Of a stretch of 64,000 bases of DNA, positions 48,208-57,191 are shown one piece after another (within the stretch, counting starts at the first letter, position 1; each line of letters begins with the position of its first letter). Below the pieces are notes generated by a model. It was not told the DNA's origin, made no database searches, and worked only from the letters and a program-made list of their open reading frames with translations. The stretch lies in NCBI GenBank assembly GCA_965248695.1, contig CBDFKD010000002.1, positions 4,096,001 through 4,160,000 of the forward strand, written 5' to 3'. The DNA comes from Acidobacteriota bacterium. GTDB taxonomy: Bacteria; Acidobacteriota; UBA890; WLXD01. The position numbers and the translations under genes were made by a program.

Positions 48208-50403
48208 TTGAGGCGCGTCGAGGGAGTCGACAAGCTCACCGGCGCCGAGCGTTACGTTGACGATCTCAGCATCCCGGGTTGCCTGTGGGGAATGACCGTA
48301 CGCAGCCCGGCACCCCGTGGACGCGTGCGCGAGGTGCGCTTCGGCGACGGGATCGACTGGTCGGAGTTCACCATCGTCGATCACACCGATATCCCCGGGG
48401 ACAACGCGGTCAAGCTGCTCGAGCTCGACCAGCCGGTTCTTGCCGCGACGCATGTCCGCCACATCCACGAGCCCGTTCTGTTGCTGGCGCACGCGTCACG
48501 CGAGATGTGCCGGCGGGCCGTGGCGGCGGTAGAGGTCATGGTCGAGCCTCAGAGCCCGATCTTCGACTTCGCGGTACTGCCGACCGAGGACCAGATCCAG
48601 CACGGGAGCGACAATGTGCTCAAGCAGCTGAGCATCGTCAAGGGCGATGTCGAGGCGGCGCTCGAGGCGGCAGCGTACGTCGTCGAGGGTACCTATGCGA
48701 CCGGCGCGCAGGAGCACGTGTACCTCGAGAACCAGGGCATGGTCGCCTGGGTCGACGAAGCGGGAGTGCTGGTGGTGAGGGGCAGCATGCAGTGTCCCTA
48801 CTACGTCCACACCGCCCTCAAGCATGCGCTCGGCCGCGACGACGACGGGGTACGCGTCATCCATGCGCCGACCGGCGGCGGATTCGGCGGCAAGGAGGAG
48901 TTCCCCTCGAACATTGCCGCGCATGCAGCGTTGTTGGCGTTGAAGGCCGGCTGCCCGGTGAAGATCATCTACGACCGTGGCGAAGACATGGCCGCCACCA
49001 CAAAGCGCCACCCGGCGCGGGTGCGCCACCGCACCGGGCTCGATGACGAGGGCCGTCTCGTGGCCCAGGACATCGAGCTCGACCTCGATGGCGGCGCCTA
49101 CGTAACCCTGTCGCCCGTGGTCCTGAGCCGCGGCATTATCCACGCCGCCGGTCCATATGCCTGCGACAATGTCCGCATCGTCGGCCGAGCCATGCTCACC
49201 AACTCCGTACCGTTCGGCGCGTTCCGTGGTTTCGGGGCGCCGCAATCGCAGTTCGCCAACGAGCGTCATATGGACGTCGTTGCGAAGCGTATCGGGTGGG
49301 ATCCGGCCGAGCTACGTCGCGTCAACTTGCTGCGCGAAGGCGACACCACCGCCACCGGCCAGGTCATTCGCGACGGAGCTGATCGGATCGAGGTACTGGA
49401 GGCGGCGCTTCACCACGGACGCTATGTGGAGCGCCAGGAGCGGCACGCCGAGTTCAACGCCGGCCACCCGTATCTGCGTCGCGGAGTTGGCCTGGCGAGT
49501 TTCTATCACGGCTCCGGCTTCACTGGCGCCGGGGAGGTGTATCTGAGCTCGCGCGTCGGGCTGGAGGCGCTGGCGGACGGCAGTGTATCGGTGCTGGCGG
49601 CGTCCACCGAGATGGGGCAGGGCACGACGACTGTATTCACACAGATCGCCGCGGAGCGACTGGGATACTCCCCGGCGGACGTCGCGATCGCCGAACCTGA
49701 CACTGCCGAGGTACCCGACAGCGGTCCGACCGTTGCCTCGCGGACGGTGATGGTGGTCGGACGCCTATTGGAGCGCGCTTGTGACGATCTGCGCGCCCGT
49801 CTGGAAGTGCCGACCGACCTTGCCGGCGACGGGCTCAAGGCGGCGATTCGACGCTGGCATGCCGACCACCCCGGTGAGGCGCTGGTCGCGGAAGCCGATT
49901 ACCAGAAGCCGGAATGGGTGGAGTGGGACGACGAGGCGTATCGGGGCGATGCCTACGCAGCATTCTCGTGGGCGACGTACAGCGCCGAGGTCGAGGTCGA
50001 CCTGCGCACCTGCGACGTTCGGGTAACCGACTTTGTCGCCGTGCAGGAGGTTGGCCGGGTGATGAACGAAACGCTGGCGCGTGGCCAGGTTCAAGGAGGA
50101 GTCGTGCAGGGAATCGGCTGGGCGCTGATGGAGGAGTGCGTGCTGGAGTCGGGCGCCATGCGCAACAACCAGCTCACGAACTACATCATTCCGACCGCCG
50201 TCGACGTGCCGCCGATTCGTGTCTTCTTCTTGCAGGAGGCCGGCGCCCCGGGACCGGGCGGCGCCAAGGGAATCGGGGAAATGCCCATCGATGGCCCCGC
50301 CCCGGCCGTCGTCAACGCCGTTGCCGCCGCGCTGGCGCGGCAGCCGACGTCGATTCCTCTGACCCCCGAGCGCCTGCTCGACTTGATGGAGAGCACCGCG
50401 TGA
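48208..50403 (+). CDS. Xanthine dehydrogenase family molybdopterin-binding subunit
   Basis: QEHVYLE, GGGFGGKEE, TTKRHP, AFRGFGAPQ, EMGQG, GQVQGG, KGIGE. Confidence 0.92.
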   Translation: MRRVEGVDKLTGAERYVDDLSIPGCLWGMTVRSPAPRGRVREVRFGDGIDWSEFTIVDHTDIPGDNAVKLLELDQPVLAATHVRHIHEPVLLLAHASREMCRRAVAAVEVMVEPQSPIFDFAVLPTEDQIQHGSDNVLKQLSIVKGDVEAALEAAAYVVEGTYATGAQEHVYLENQGMVAWVDEAGVLVVRGSMQCPYYVHTALKHALGRDDDGVRVIHAPTGGGFGGKEEFPSNIAAHAALLALKAGCPVKIIYDRGEDMAATTKRHPARVRHRTGLDDEGRLVAQDIELDLDGGAYVTLSPVVLSRGIIHAAGPYACDNVRIVGRAMLTNSVPFGAFRGFGAPQSQFANERHMDVVAKRIGWDPAELRRVNLLREGDTTATGQVIRDGADRIEVLEAALHHGRYVERQERHAEFNAGHPYLRRGVGLASFYHGSGFTGAGEVYLSSRVGLEALADGSVSVLAASTEMGQGTTTVFTQIAAERLGYSPADVAIAEPDTAEVPDSGPTVASRTVMVVGRLLERACDDLRARLEVPTDLAGDGLKAAIRRWHADHPGEALVAEADYQKPEWVEWDDEAYRGDAYAAFSWATYSAEVEVDLRTCDVRVTDFVAVQEVGRVMNETLARGQVQGGVVQGIGWALMEECVLESGAMRNNQLTNYIIPTAVDVPPIRVFFLQEAGAPGPGGAKGIGEMPIDGPAPAVVNAVAAALARQPTSIPLTPERLLDLMESTA

Positions 50404-50885
50404 CCGCCACAACCGCCGAGCTCATGGAGGTTGCCTTCAAGCTCAACGGCGAGGATGTCCGGGTGCAGACGAGCCCGAGCGCTCGGCTGCTCGATCTGCT
50501 GCGCTACGAGCTCGACCTTACCGGAACCAAGGAAGGGTGCGGAGAAGGCGAGTGTTGTGCCTGCACGGTCTACCTCGACGGCGATCCGGTGAACGCTTGT
50601 CTGGTGCCCGTATTTCAGGTGCGCGGTCGCGAAGTGATCACCATAGAGGCGATCGATAGCGGATCACTCGAGCCCATGCTGCTCAGCGGCGCCACCCAGT
50701 GCGGCGCTTGCACCCCGGGGGTTGTGATGACGGCGAGCTGGGTGAGGCAACATCCTGCCCTGCTGGAGCAGTTCTCGGCGCGCGAGCTGATGGCCGGCAA
50801 CCTGTGTCGGTGCACCGGGTACGACGGCATCATCGAGGGATTGCAGGCTGCACTGGAAGCCGACCAGGTCAAAGGAGGAGTCTGA
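50400..50885 (+). CDS. Xanthine dehydrogenase 2Fe-2S subunit
   Basis: GTKEGCGEGECCACTV, NACL, QCGACTPG, GNLCRCTGY. Confidence 0.92.
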   Translation: MTATTAELMEVAFKLNGEDVRVQTSPSARLLDLLRYELDLTGTKEGCGEGECCACTVYLDGDPVNACLVPVFQVRGREVITIEAIDSGSLEPMLLSGATQCGACTPGVVMTASWVRQHPALLEQFSARELMAGNLCRCTGYDGIIEGLQAALEADQVKGGV

Positions 50886-50889
50886 TCGC

Positions 50890-51720
50890 ATGCGTGTCTT
50901 GATGCCCGAGACGCTCGAGCAGGCCCTGCAGATGAGGGCCTCCGAGCCCACGGCGCAACCAATCGCCGGTGGCACCGACCTGATGGTCGATTGGCCCCTC
51001 AAGCTCGATCTGTCCGAGCGGGTGTTTCTGGATCTGAGCGCGGTAGGGGCCTTACGGTCGCTGGTATGGGACGAGGACACGCTCAGCATTGGCGCGCTGA
51101 CCACCTACTGGGACGTGCTCAGCGACCCGCAGGCCCGCACCGAGCTGTCGATGCTGCAAGCAGCCGCACGCACGGTGGGCGCAGTGCAGATCCAGACGCG
51201 CGGCACGTGGGCGGGCAACATCGCCAACGCATCACCGGCGGCTGACGGAGTGCCCGCGTTGATGGCGTACGATGCCGAGGTTGAGCTGGTAGGGCGGGGC
51301 GGTACGCGCCGCGTACCGCTGAAGAGCTTCTACCACGGATACAAGCAGCTCGAGATGCGGTCCGACGAGCTCATCACACGGGTGCTGCTGCCGCGGCGCG
51401 AGCATCGCTACGAGCAGTTCATCAAGGTCGGATCACGGCGCGCCCAGGCGATTACCAAGGTAGGGGTGGCGCTGGCCCACTCGCATGACGGCTGGCGCGT
51501 GGTGGCCAACAGCGTGGCGGCAACGGTCTGCCGGTGTTCGTGCCTCGAGCAGCTGCTCGATAGCGGCGACGAGGTGAGATCGCCGGACGATTTTCTGGAG
51601 GCCATCCGCGCCGACGTGTCCCCGATCGATGACATCCGATCGACGGCGCGTTACCGCGAGCGCGTGATGAGCCGCATCATCTACCACGCCCTGTGTTCTG
51701 AATACGAGCAGGTTCACTGA
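50890..51720 (+). CDS. Xanthine dehydrogenase FAD-binding subunit
   Basis: IAGGTDL, QIQTRGTWAGNIANASPAAD, SPIDDIRSTARYR. Confidence 0.92.
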   Translation: MRVLMPETLEQALQMRASEPTAQPIAGGTDLMVDWPLKLDLSERVFLDLSAVGALRSLVWDEDTLSIGALTTYWDVLSDPQARTELSMLQAAARTVGAVQIQTRGTWAGNIANASPAADGVPALMAYDAEVELVGRGGTRRVPLKSFYHGYKQLEMRSDELITRVLLPRREHRYEQFIKVGSRRAQAITKVGVALAHSHDGWRVVANSVAATVCRCSCLEQLLDSGDEVRSPDDFLEAIRADVSPIDDIRSTARYRERVMSRIIYHALCSEYEQVH

Positions 51721-51742
51721 ACGACCCGATCGCGAGCCAACC

Positions 51743-53107
51743 ATGAAACGCTCATTCGACGACCACGTGCTCGACGATCTCGGGCAACGCGTACGACCGC
51801 TGATCGACAAGATCGTGGAGTGCTACCCCGGCGACCCGAGCAGCCGCCAGCCGGTGCATACGGTGTACGGCGGCGCACAGTTGTTTCGTGCCGGCACCGC
51901 TCGTCGTCTGGGAGACTTGGCGCTACGGGATCTCGAGGCGTACGCGCCCGACGCGACGACATTCGGCGATGCGATCGGACTACGAGCCGACGAGGCTCTG
52001 CGCCGCACCGTCTACGAGCGCGTGCGTAGCAAGCTCGAGACCGAGCCGGTAGAGGACTTCCGCATCGACTTTGAAGACGGTTACGGCAAGCGTCCGGACG
52101 ACGAGGAGGACACCTGCGCAGCGGCCGCTGCGGAGGCCGTCGCCGAAGCCATGAGCACCGGGTCACTGCCGCCGTTTATCGGCATTCGCATCAAACCGCC
52201 GGCCGGCGAGCACTGCCGGCGCAGCGTATCGACGCTCGACATCTTCGTATCAACGCTGCTTGATCGGACTGGCGGTCGGCTTCCCGATGGATTCACCGTG
52301 ACGGTGCCCAAAGTGATGGATCCGGAAGAGGTGGCGATCTTTGTCGACGTGCTCGAGCAACTGGAGCTCGCAGTCGGCCTGGAGTCCGGGACGCTCGATC
52401 TGGAGCTCATGATCGAGACACCTCAATCGATCCTTGCGAGCGATGGCTCGTCGATGTTGCCGGCGCTGGTGCGGGCGGCCCGGGGCCGCTGCAAGGGCGC
52501 CCACTTCGGCGTCTATGACTACACCGCGGCGGCAGAGATCAGCGCTCAGTATCAGGTGCTCGATCACCCAGCCTGCGACTTTGCTCGCCACCTGATGAAG
52601 GTCGCTCTTGCCGGAACCGGAGTGATGCTCTCGGACGGCGCCACCAACGTGATCCCGGTGCCGGTGCATCGGCCGGCGGCCGGCGCTGTGCTCTCGTCGG
52701 CGCAGGCAGAAGAGAACCGAGTCTCGGTCCACCGTGCCTGGCGGCTGCACTATGAGCACGTGCGCCACTCGCTACGACACGGCTTCTATCAAGGATGGGA
52801 TTTGAACCCCGCGCAGCTGCCCACGCGCTACGCTGCGGTGTACGCGTTCTTTCTGGAGAGCGTGGCAGCAGCGACCGAGCGCCTACGTAACTTCGTTTCG
52901 GTCGCCGCGCAGGCGACGCTGGTCGGCGAGGTCTTCGACGATGCGGCCACCGGGCAGGGCCTGCTGAACTTCTTTCTGCGTGGGCTCGGATGTGGCGCGT
53001 TGAGCGAAAGCGAGGTGCTCGATACGGGGCTGTCGCTAGAGGAGCTACGCAGCCGCTCCTTCGTGACCATCCTGGCGGGTCGTCGTGATCGTACGCATCA
53101 AGACTAG
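51743..53107 (+). CDS. Uncharacterised malate synthase / citrate-lyase-beta (CitE) fold protein (DUF6986-like)
   Basis: RQPVHTVYGG, RIDFEDGYG, TVPKV, MIETP, HFGVYDY, GFYQGWDLNPAQ. Confidence 0.75.
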   Translation: MKRSFDDHVLDDLGQRVRPLIDKIVECYPGDPSSRQPVHTVYGGAQLFRAGTARRLGDLALRDLEAYAPDATTFGDAIGLRADEALRRTVYERVRSKLETEPVEDFRIDFEDGYGKRPDDEEDTCAAAAAEAVAEAMSTGSLPPFIGIRIKPPAGEHCRRSVSTLDIFVSTLLDRTGGRLPDGFTVTVPKVMDPEEVAIFVDVLEQLELAVGLESGTLDLELMIETPQSILASDGSSMLPALVRAARGRCKGAHFGVYDYTAAAEISAQYQVLDHPACDFARHLMKVALAGTGVMLSDGATNVIPVPVHRPAAGAVLSSAQAEENRVSVHRAWRLHYEHVRHSLRHGFYQGWDLNPAQLPTRYAAVYAFFLESVAAATERLRNFVSVAAQATLVGEVFDDAATGQGLLNFFLRGLGCGALSESEVLDTGLSLEELRSRSFVTILAGRRDRTHQD

Positions 53108-53445
53108 TGGCCGCGATAGGTCGAGAAGCCGAACGGGCTCAGCAACAGGGGGACGTGATAATGGTCATCGCCTTCGGTGATCGTGAACACCACGTCCACC
53201 TGCGGGTAGAAGCACGGAGTGCTCCGTGCCTCGTAGTAGGCGCCGGTCGCGAACCGCAGGCGATAGGTGCCAGGAGCGAGCTGTTCCCCCTGATCCAGGA
53301 GGCCGGCAGCGCGACCGTCGCTATCGGTGGCGCCGGTGGCAAGTTGCTCCCAATTGTCGGCGTGGCGCCGGAAAAGGGCGACCTGCACGTTGGTGGCCGG
53401 ACCACCCAGCGAGGTGTCGAGGACATGTGTGCTCACCGTGCTCAT
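53104..53445 (-). CDS. uraH: 5-hydroxyisourate hydrolase
   Basis: STHVLD, TDSDGR, HYHVPLLLSPFGFSTYRG. Confidence 0.95.
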   Translation of the reverse strand: MSTVSTHVLDTSLGGPATNVQVALFRRHADNWEQLATGATDSDGRAAGLLDQGEQLAPGTYRLRFATGAYYEARSTPCFYPQVDVVFTITEGDDHYHVPLLLSPFGFSTYRGH

Positions 53446-53957
53446 GAGGCCAACAGCTTACTCAACCGCAGGCGAGTGATGCGACGCTGCTGCTCAGCGG
53501 CGACCTGGAGCTCGGTATCGGGATCGTTGAGCAAGCGACGTTGGGCTTCCGCCAGCATCTCGGTGACGTTCCGTCCTGTAGCACAGATCAGAAACACGTA
53601 GCCGAAGCGTTCGTAGTAAGCGTCGTTGGCGGTGCCTAGGCGGTGACGCACCGACGCGTCGGCGCCATCGACCCCGGCTTGCTCGCCGCTCGACCAGCTG
53701 CGGGTGGCAGCGAAGCGGTTTTCTTGTGCGTCATCACCACCGATGCGCGGATGGTGACTAAACGCCTCCAGCCAGTCCTTTCGCTCCAGCGTGCCGCAGA
53801 TCTCGTCTGCGGCTGAGAGTAGCGACTCGGTATCGGCGAAAGGGCGCCGCGCGAGCATTCGCTCGCCCCACCGGTGCGCCCCGCAACAGCGAAGAAGCTC
53901 GCGTTCGGCTTCTTCGCGGGGCAGCGCATTCAGCCAGTCGAGGCGCGACTCCATCAC
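53442..53957 (-). CDS. uraD: OHCU decarboxylase
   Basis: LEAFSHHPRIG, SSGEQAGV, YYERFGYVFLICATG, ITRLRL. Confidence 0.93.
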   Translation of the reverse strand: MMESRLDWLNALPREEAERELLRCCGAHRWGERMLARRPFADTESLLSAADEICGTLERKDWLEAFSHHPRIGGDDAQENRFAATRSWSSGEQAGVDGADASVRHRLGTANDAYYERFGYVFLICATGRNVTEMLAEAQRRLLNDPDTELQVAAEQQRRITRLRLSKLLAS

Positions 53958-54961
53958 TCCGCGGCGCGCCCGAGCACACGCAAACGAGCGACACCCCCGT
54001 CTGGAAAGATGTTCAGGCGCACGTGGGTACCCTGTGCTGCCCTCTCGATCTCGAAACGATGGCTACCGTCGGCCTCTAGCTTCGACTCGGGTACGAGGGT
54101 GCGCCAGGCGTCGGCCGGCACCGATGCCAGCGGATCGCCGGTCAGGGCGGTGAACGCGGCGCCGAGATCTGCGATGTCGAGGCTACAACGATCCGGAAAG
54201 TTGCCCTTGAAGTGGCTCGTTTCCACCGTCACGGTCTCGACCGAGCCCCGCTGTCCGAGCCGCACGATGCACCAGTCGTGGCCGGGGCCACGTCTACGAC
54301 GCGTTTCCCAGCCGTCGTGCATGCCACTCGAGTCGCCAGAAGCGATGAGGTTCTGGGGGGCCGAGAAGTACATGTCGCTGCAGTCCACGATATTCGCCCC
54401 ACCCGCCGCCGCGGCCAGATCGGTGCGGTGCTCGGAGCTCGGTGTCCTCCCGGGGATGGCGATACCGTAGAGCCGTAGCCGCGCCACGCCCCCGTCCGGA
54501 TAGATGTTGAGGCGCACGTGTGTGATCGCCTCGGTCGACGCCAGGCGGAAGCGGTTCACCGCGTCGCCGTTCAGCGTCGATCGCGGCAGGATCTCGTGCC
54601 ACGCGGCACCGTCCGACGGCATCTCGTCGGCACACTGGCAAGCGTCGAGCGAGCAGCTCTCCGGATGGTTGCCGCTGAAGTGGGTTGTCTCCACACCGAC
54701 GCCGATGACGCGGCCCGGCACTCCGAGCCGCACGATGCACCAGTCGTTGCCCGGCTCACGCCGACGTCGCGATTCCCAACCGTCCATCCACTTGCCACGG
54801 TCGGTGTACTCACCCGGCAGGAAAACCGGCGGCGCGTCCTTCACGAGGTCCTCCTTGGGGGCGAAGAACTCGTCGTTGGCGAGCAGGGCGCGGCCACCGA
54901 ATCGTGCCGCGCCGAGATCAGTGAGTCGCGTGAAGTCGTCGGCTTCGGAGTCGTCGTTCAT
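53954..54961 (-). CDS. alc: Allantoicase
   Basis: NDEFFA, KWMDGWESRRRR, duplicated THVRLNIYPDGGVARLR, DGWETRRRR. Confidence 0.95.
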   Translation of the reverse strand: MNDDSEADDFTRLTDLGAARFGGRALLANDEFFAPKEDLVKDAPPVFLPGEYTDRGKWMDGWESRRRREPGNDWCIVRLGVPGRVIGVGVETTHFSGNHPESCSLDACQCADEMPSDGAAWHEILPRSTLNGDAVNRFRLASTEAITHVRLNIYPDGGVARLRLYGIAIPGRTPSSEHRTDLAAAAGGANIVDCSDMYFSAPQNLIASGDSSGMHDGWETRRRRGPGHDWCIVRLGQRGSVETVTVETSHFKGNFPDRCSLDIADLGAAFTALTGDPLASVPADAWRTLVPESKLEADGSHRFEIERAAQGTHVRLNIFPDGGVARLRVLGRAAE

Positions 54962-56313
54962 CGTGGCGCGTCGATCCACTGGCCGAGCGCGCGCCCTGAT
55001 GTCCCTCGATCGTAGACACATCGGCCACGCAGGAATGTCGCCACTACCCTGCCATGCAGCTCCATTCCGGCATAGGGAGTGTCGGCGTGGCGGTTGAGCA
55101 GCGCCGTCGGCTCGACCTGGAACGTCGTCTGCGGGTCAAAGGCCACCATGTCAGCGTCGAATCCGGGGGCAATCGACCCCTTGCAGTGCCCGATCCCGGC
55201 CAGGCGGGCGGGCTCGGTGCACATCCAGGCGCGCAGATGGTCGAGGCCGTGACCGCGCTGGCGCGCCCCCGTCCAGACCAGCGCCAGACCGAGCTGCAGG
55301 CCGGCGATGCCACCCCAGGCGCGGGTGAAGTCACCGCTGTCGATGCAGCGCATATCGGTCGGGCACGGAGAGTGATCGGAGGCGATCAGGTCGATGGTCC
55401 CCGCGTCCAGCGCCTCCCAGAGCGCTTCACGGTTCGCTCCGTCGCGGATGGGCGGGGCGCACTTGAGGGTCGTTGCACCGTCGGCGATGTCCTCGGCCAC
55501 CAGCGTCAGGTAGTGCGGGCAGGTCTCGACCGTGATCGGCGCGCCCGCGGCGCGCGCCGCCGCCAGCATCGGCACGCAGCTTGCGGCAGACAGATGCACG
55601 ATATGCGTGTGACAGCCAGACCTCTGGCTCAGATCGATCAACCGGGCGATCGAGGCGCGTTCGGCGGCTTCCGGCCTGGACGCGAGGTAACGGGCGTACA
55701 CCCGTGGTGCCGTCCGCAGACCGCTCGTCGCGGACGCGTGAGCGAGCTCGATCGGATCCTCGGCGTGCACCAGCAGCGGCTTGTGTCGGGTCGCGAGCGC
55801 CGTGGCCGCAGGCTCGAGTTCCGATTCCGGCAGGGCCGGAAACTCGTCCAGGCCGGATGGGCATAGGAAGCACTTGAGGCCGCGCGCCCCGGCGTCGAGC
55901 AGATCTCCCAGGTGACCCTGATTGCCGGGGACTACGCCTCCCCAGAAGCCGTAGTCGACGCTGCAGTTGCCGGCAGCCGCCTCGACCTTGGCATGCAGGG
56001 CCGCCACGGTCGTGGTTACCGGCGAACTGTTCAGCGGCATGTCGATGATGGTGGTGACGCCACCCGCCGCCGCCGCCAGCGAGGCGGTCTCGAACCCCTC
56101 CCAGTGGGCCCGGCCCGGTTCGTTGACGTGCACGTGCGTGTCGACGAGCCCTGGGAGCAGCCAATGTTCGCCAAACTCGGAGCGTCGCGCCGCAGTCAGA
56201 GTGCCGGGCTTGTCGACGGCAACGATGCGCCCACCCGCCACGCCGACGTCGGCTGCTTGAACGCCGTCAGGCAGGGCGACGTGCGAGCTGCTGAAAACGC
56301 TGTCCAGCTGCAT
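54958..56313 (-). CDS. allB: Allantoinase
   Basis: PGLVDTHVHVNEPGR, DMPLNS, VHAE, ETCPHYL, KCAPPIR, ASDHSP, AWGGI. Confidence 0.95.
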   Translation of the reverse strand: MQLDSVFSSSHVALPDGVQAADVGVAGGRIVAVDKPGTLTAARRSEFGEHWLLPGLVDTHVHVNEPGRAHWEGFETASLAAAAGGVTTIIDMPLNSSPVTTTVAALHAKVEAAAGNCSVDYGFWGGVVPGNQGHLGDLLDAGARGLKCFLCPSGLDEFPALPESELEPAATALATRHKPLLVHAEDPIELAHASATSGLRTAPRVYARYLASRPEAAERASIARLIDLSQRSGCHTHIVHLSAASCVPMLAAARAAGAPITVETCPHYLTLVAEDIADGATTLKCAPPIRDGANREALWEALDAGTIDLIASDHSPCPTDMRCIDSGDFTRAWGGIAGLQLGLALVWTGARQRGHGLDHLRAWMCTEPARLAGIGHCKGSIAPGFDADMVAFDPQTTFQVEPTALLNRHADTPYAGMELHGRVVATFLRGRCVYDRGTSGRALGQWIDAPR

Positions 56314-56367
56314 CCAAGCAGGGTACAGTTCCCGAGATCTCGATGTCCTCACCAAGGAGCTTGAACG

Positions 56368-57129
56368 ATGAAGCTGCGTGTTGCCGCGCTACCGCTGGTG
56401 TTCGCCGTTGCCTTGTTCGGATGTTCGACGAACGAACCAGACGCAGCCGACGCGGGCCACGACGAGCTCGCTGAAGAAGCCGGGCACGAGGAAAGCGCCG
56501 GGGTAGACGGCGACGATCACCACGGTGAGGAGAGAACCGACCGCGCCTACTTCTCGAAGCCGGACGAGGTCTACGCTTTTCTCGCCATCGGTGCCGGTGA
56601 CCGTGTGGTCGATGTCATGTCGGGGGGCGGTTACAACGCCGAGCGGCTGGCTGACCTGGTGGGAGAGGCCGGCCTGGTGCTGGCGGACGGTGGCAGCGAC
56701 GACTTCCGCGGCCGCTTCGACGCCGGCGGCGATCTGGAGTCGGCGAGCAATATCGCGTTCGTCGAGGGCCTTGGCGAGCTGGAGGATGGCAGCGTCGATG
56801 CCGTCGTGGCGGTGCGTGCCTACCACCTCTTCCCGGACGTGCCGGCGTCGCTGGCAGAGCTGCACCGCGCCCTCGTTCCGGGGGGCGTAGTCGGGGTAGT
56901 CGAGGTTCGGTTGAACGAGACCGAGGGCCACAACATGGACTCCCACCGCCTCGGTGAGGACACGGTCATCAGCGATTTCGAGGCGGCAGGATTCGAGTAT
57001 CTCGGCGAGTCCGAGATCTTGCGGCGTGACGATGATGACTATGCAGTGTTCATCCAGCCGGGCAAGACACGCTACATGACCGATCGCATGCTGCTGAAGT
57101 TCGGCAAGCCCGACGGCGCTACCAGCTAG
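56368..57129 (+). CDS. Class I SAM-dependent methyltransferase-like lipoprotein
   Basis: Lipobox LFGC, VVDVMSGGGY, LVPGGVVGVVE, HRL, TDRMLLKF. Confidence 0.75.
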   Translation: MKLRVAALPLVFAVALFGCSTNEPDAADAGHDELAEEAGHEESAGVDGDDHHGEERTDRAYFSKPDEVYAFLAIGAGDRVVDVMSGGGYNAERLADLVGEAGLVLADGGSDDFRGRFDAGGDLESASNIAFVEGLGELEDGSVDAVVAVRAYHLFPDVPASLAELHRALVPGGVVGVVEVRLNETEGHNMDSHRLGEDTVISDFEAAGFEYLGESEILRRDDDDYAVFIQPGKTRYMTDRMLLKFGKPDGATS

Positions 57130-57191
57130 CGACGCTGTACCGCGGCATGACAACGCTCGCTTCCGGCGTCGGCGGCGAGATGGGTTAGCTT

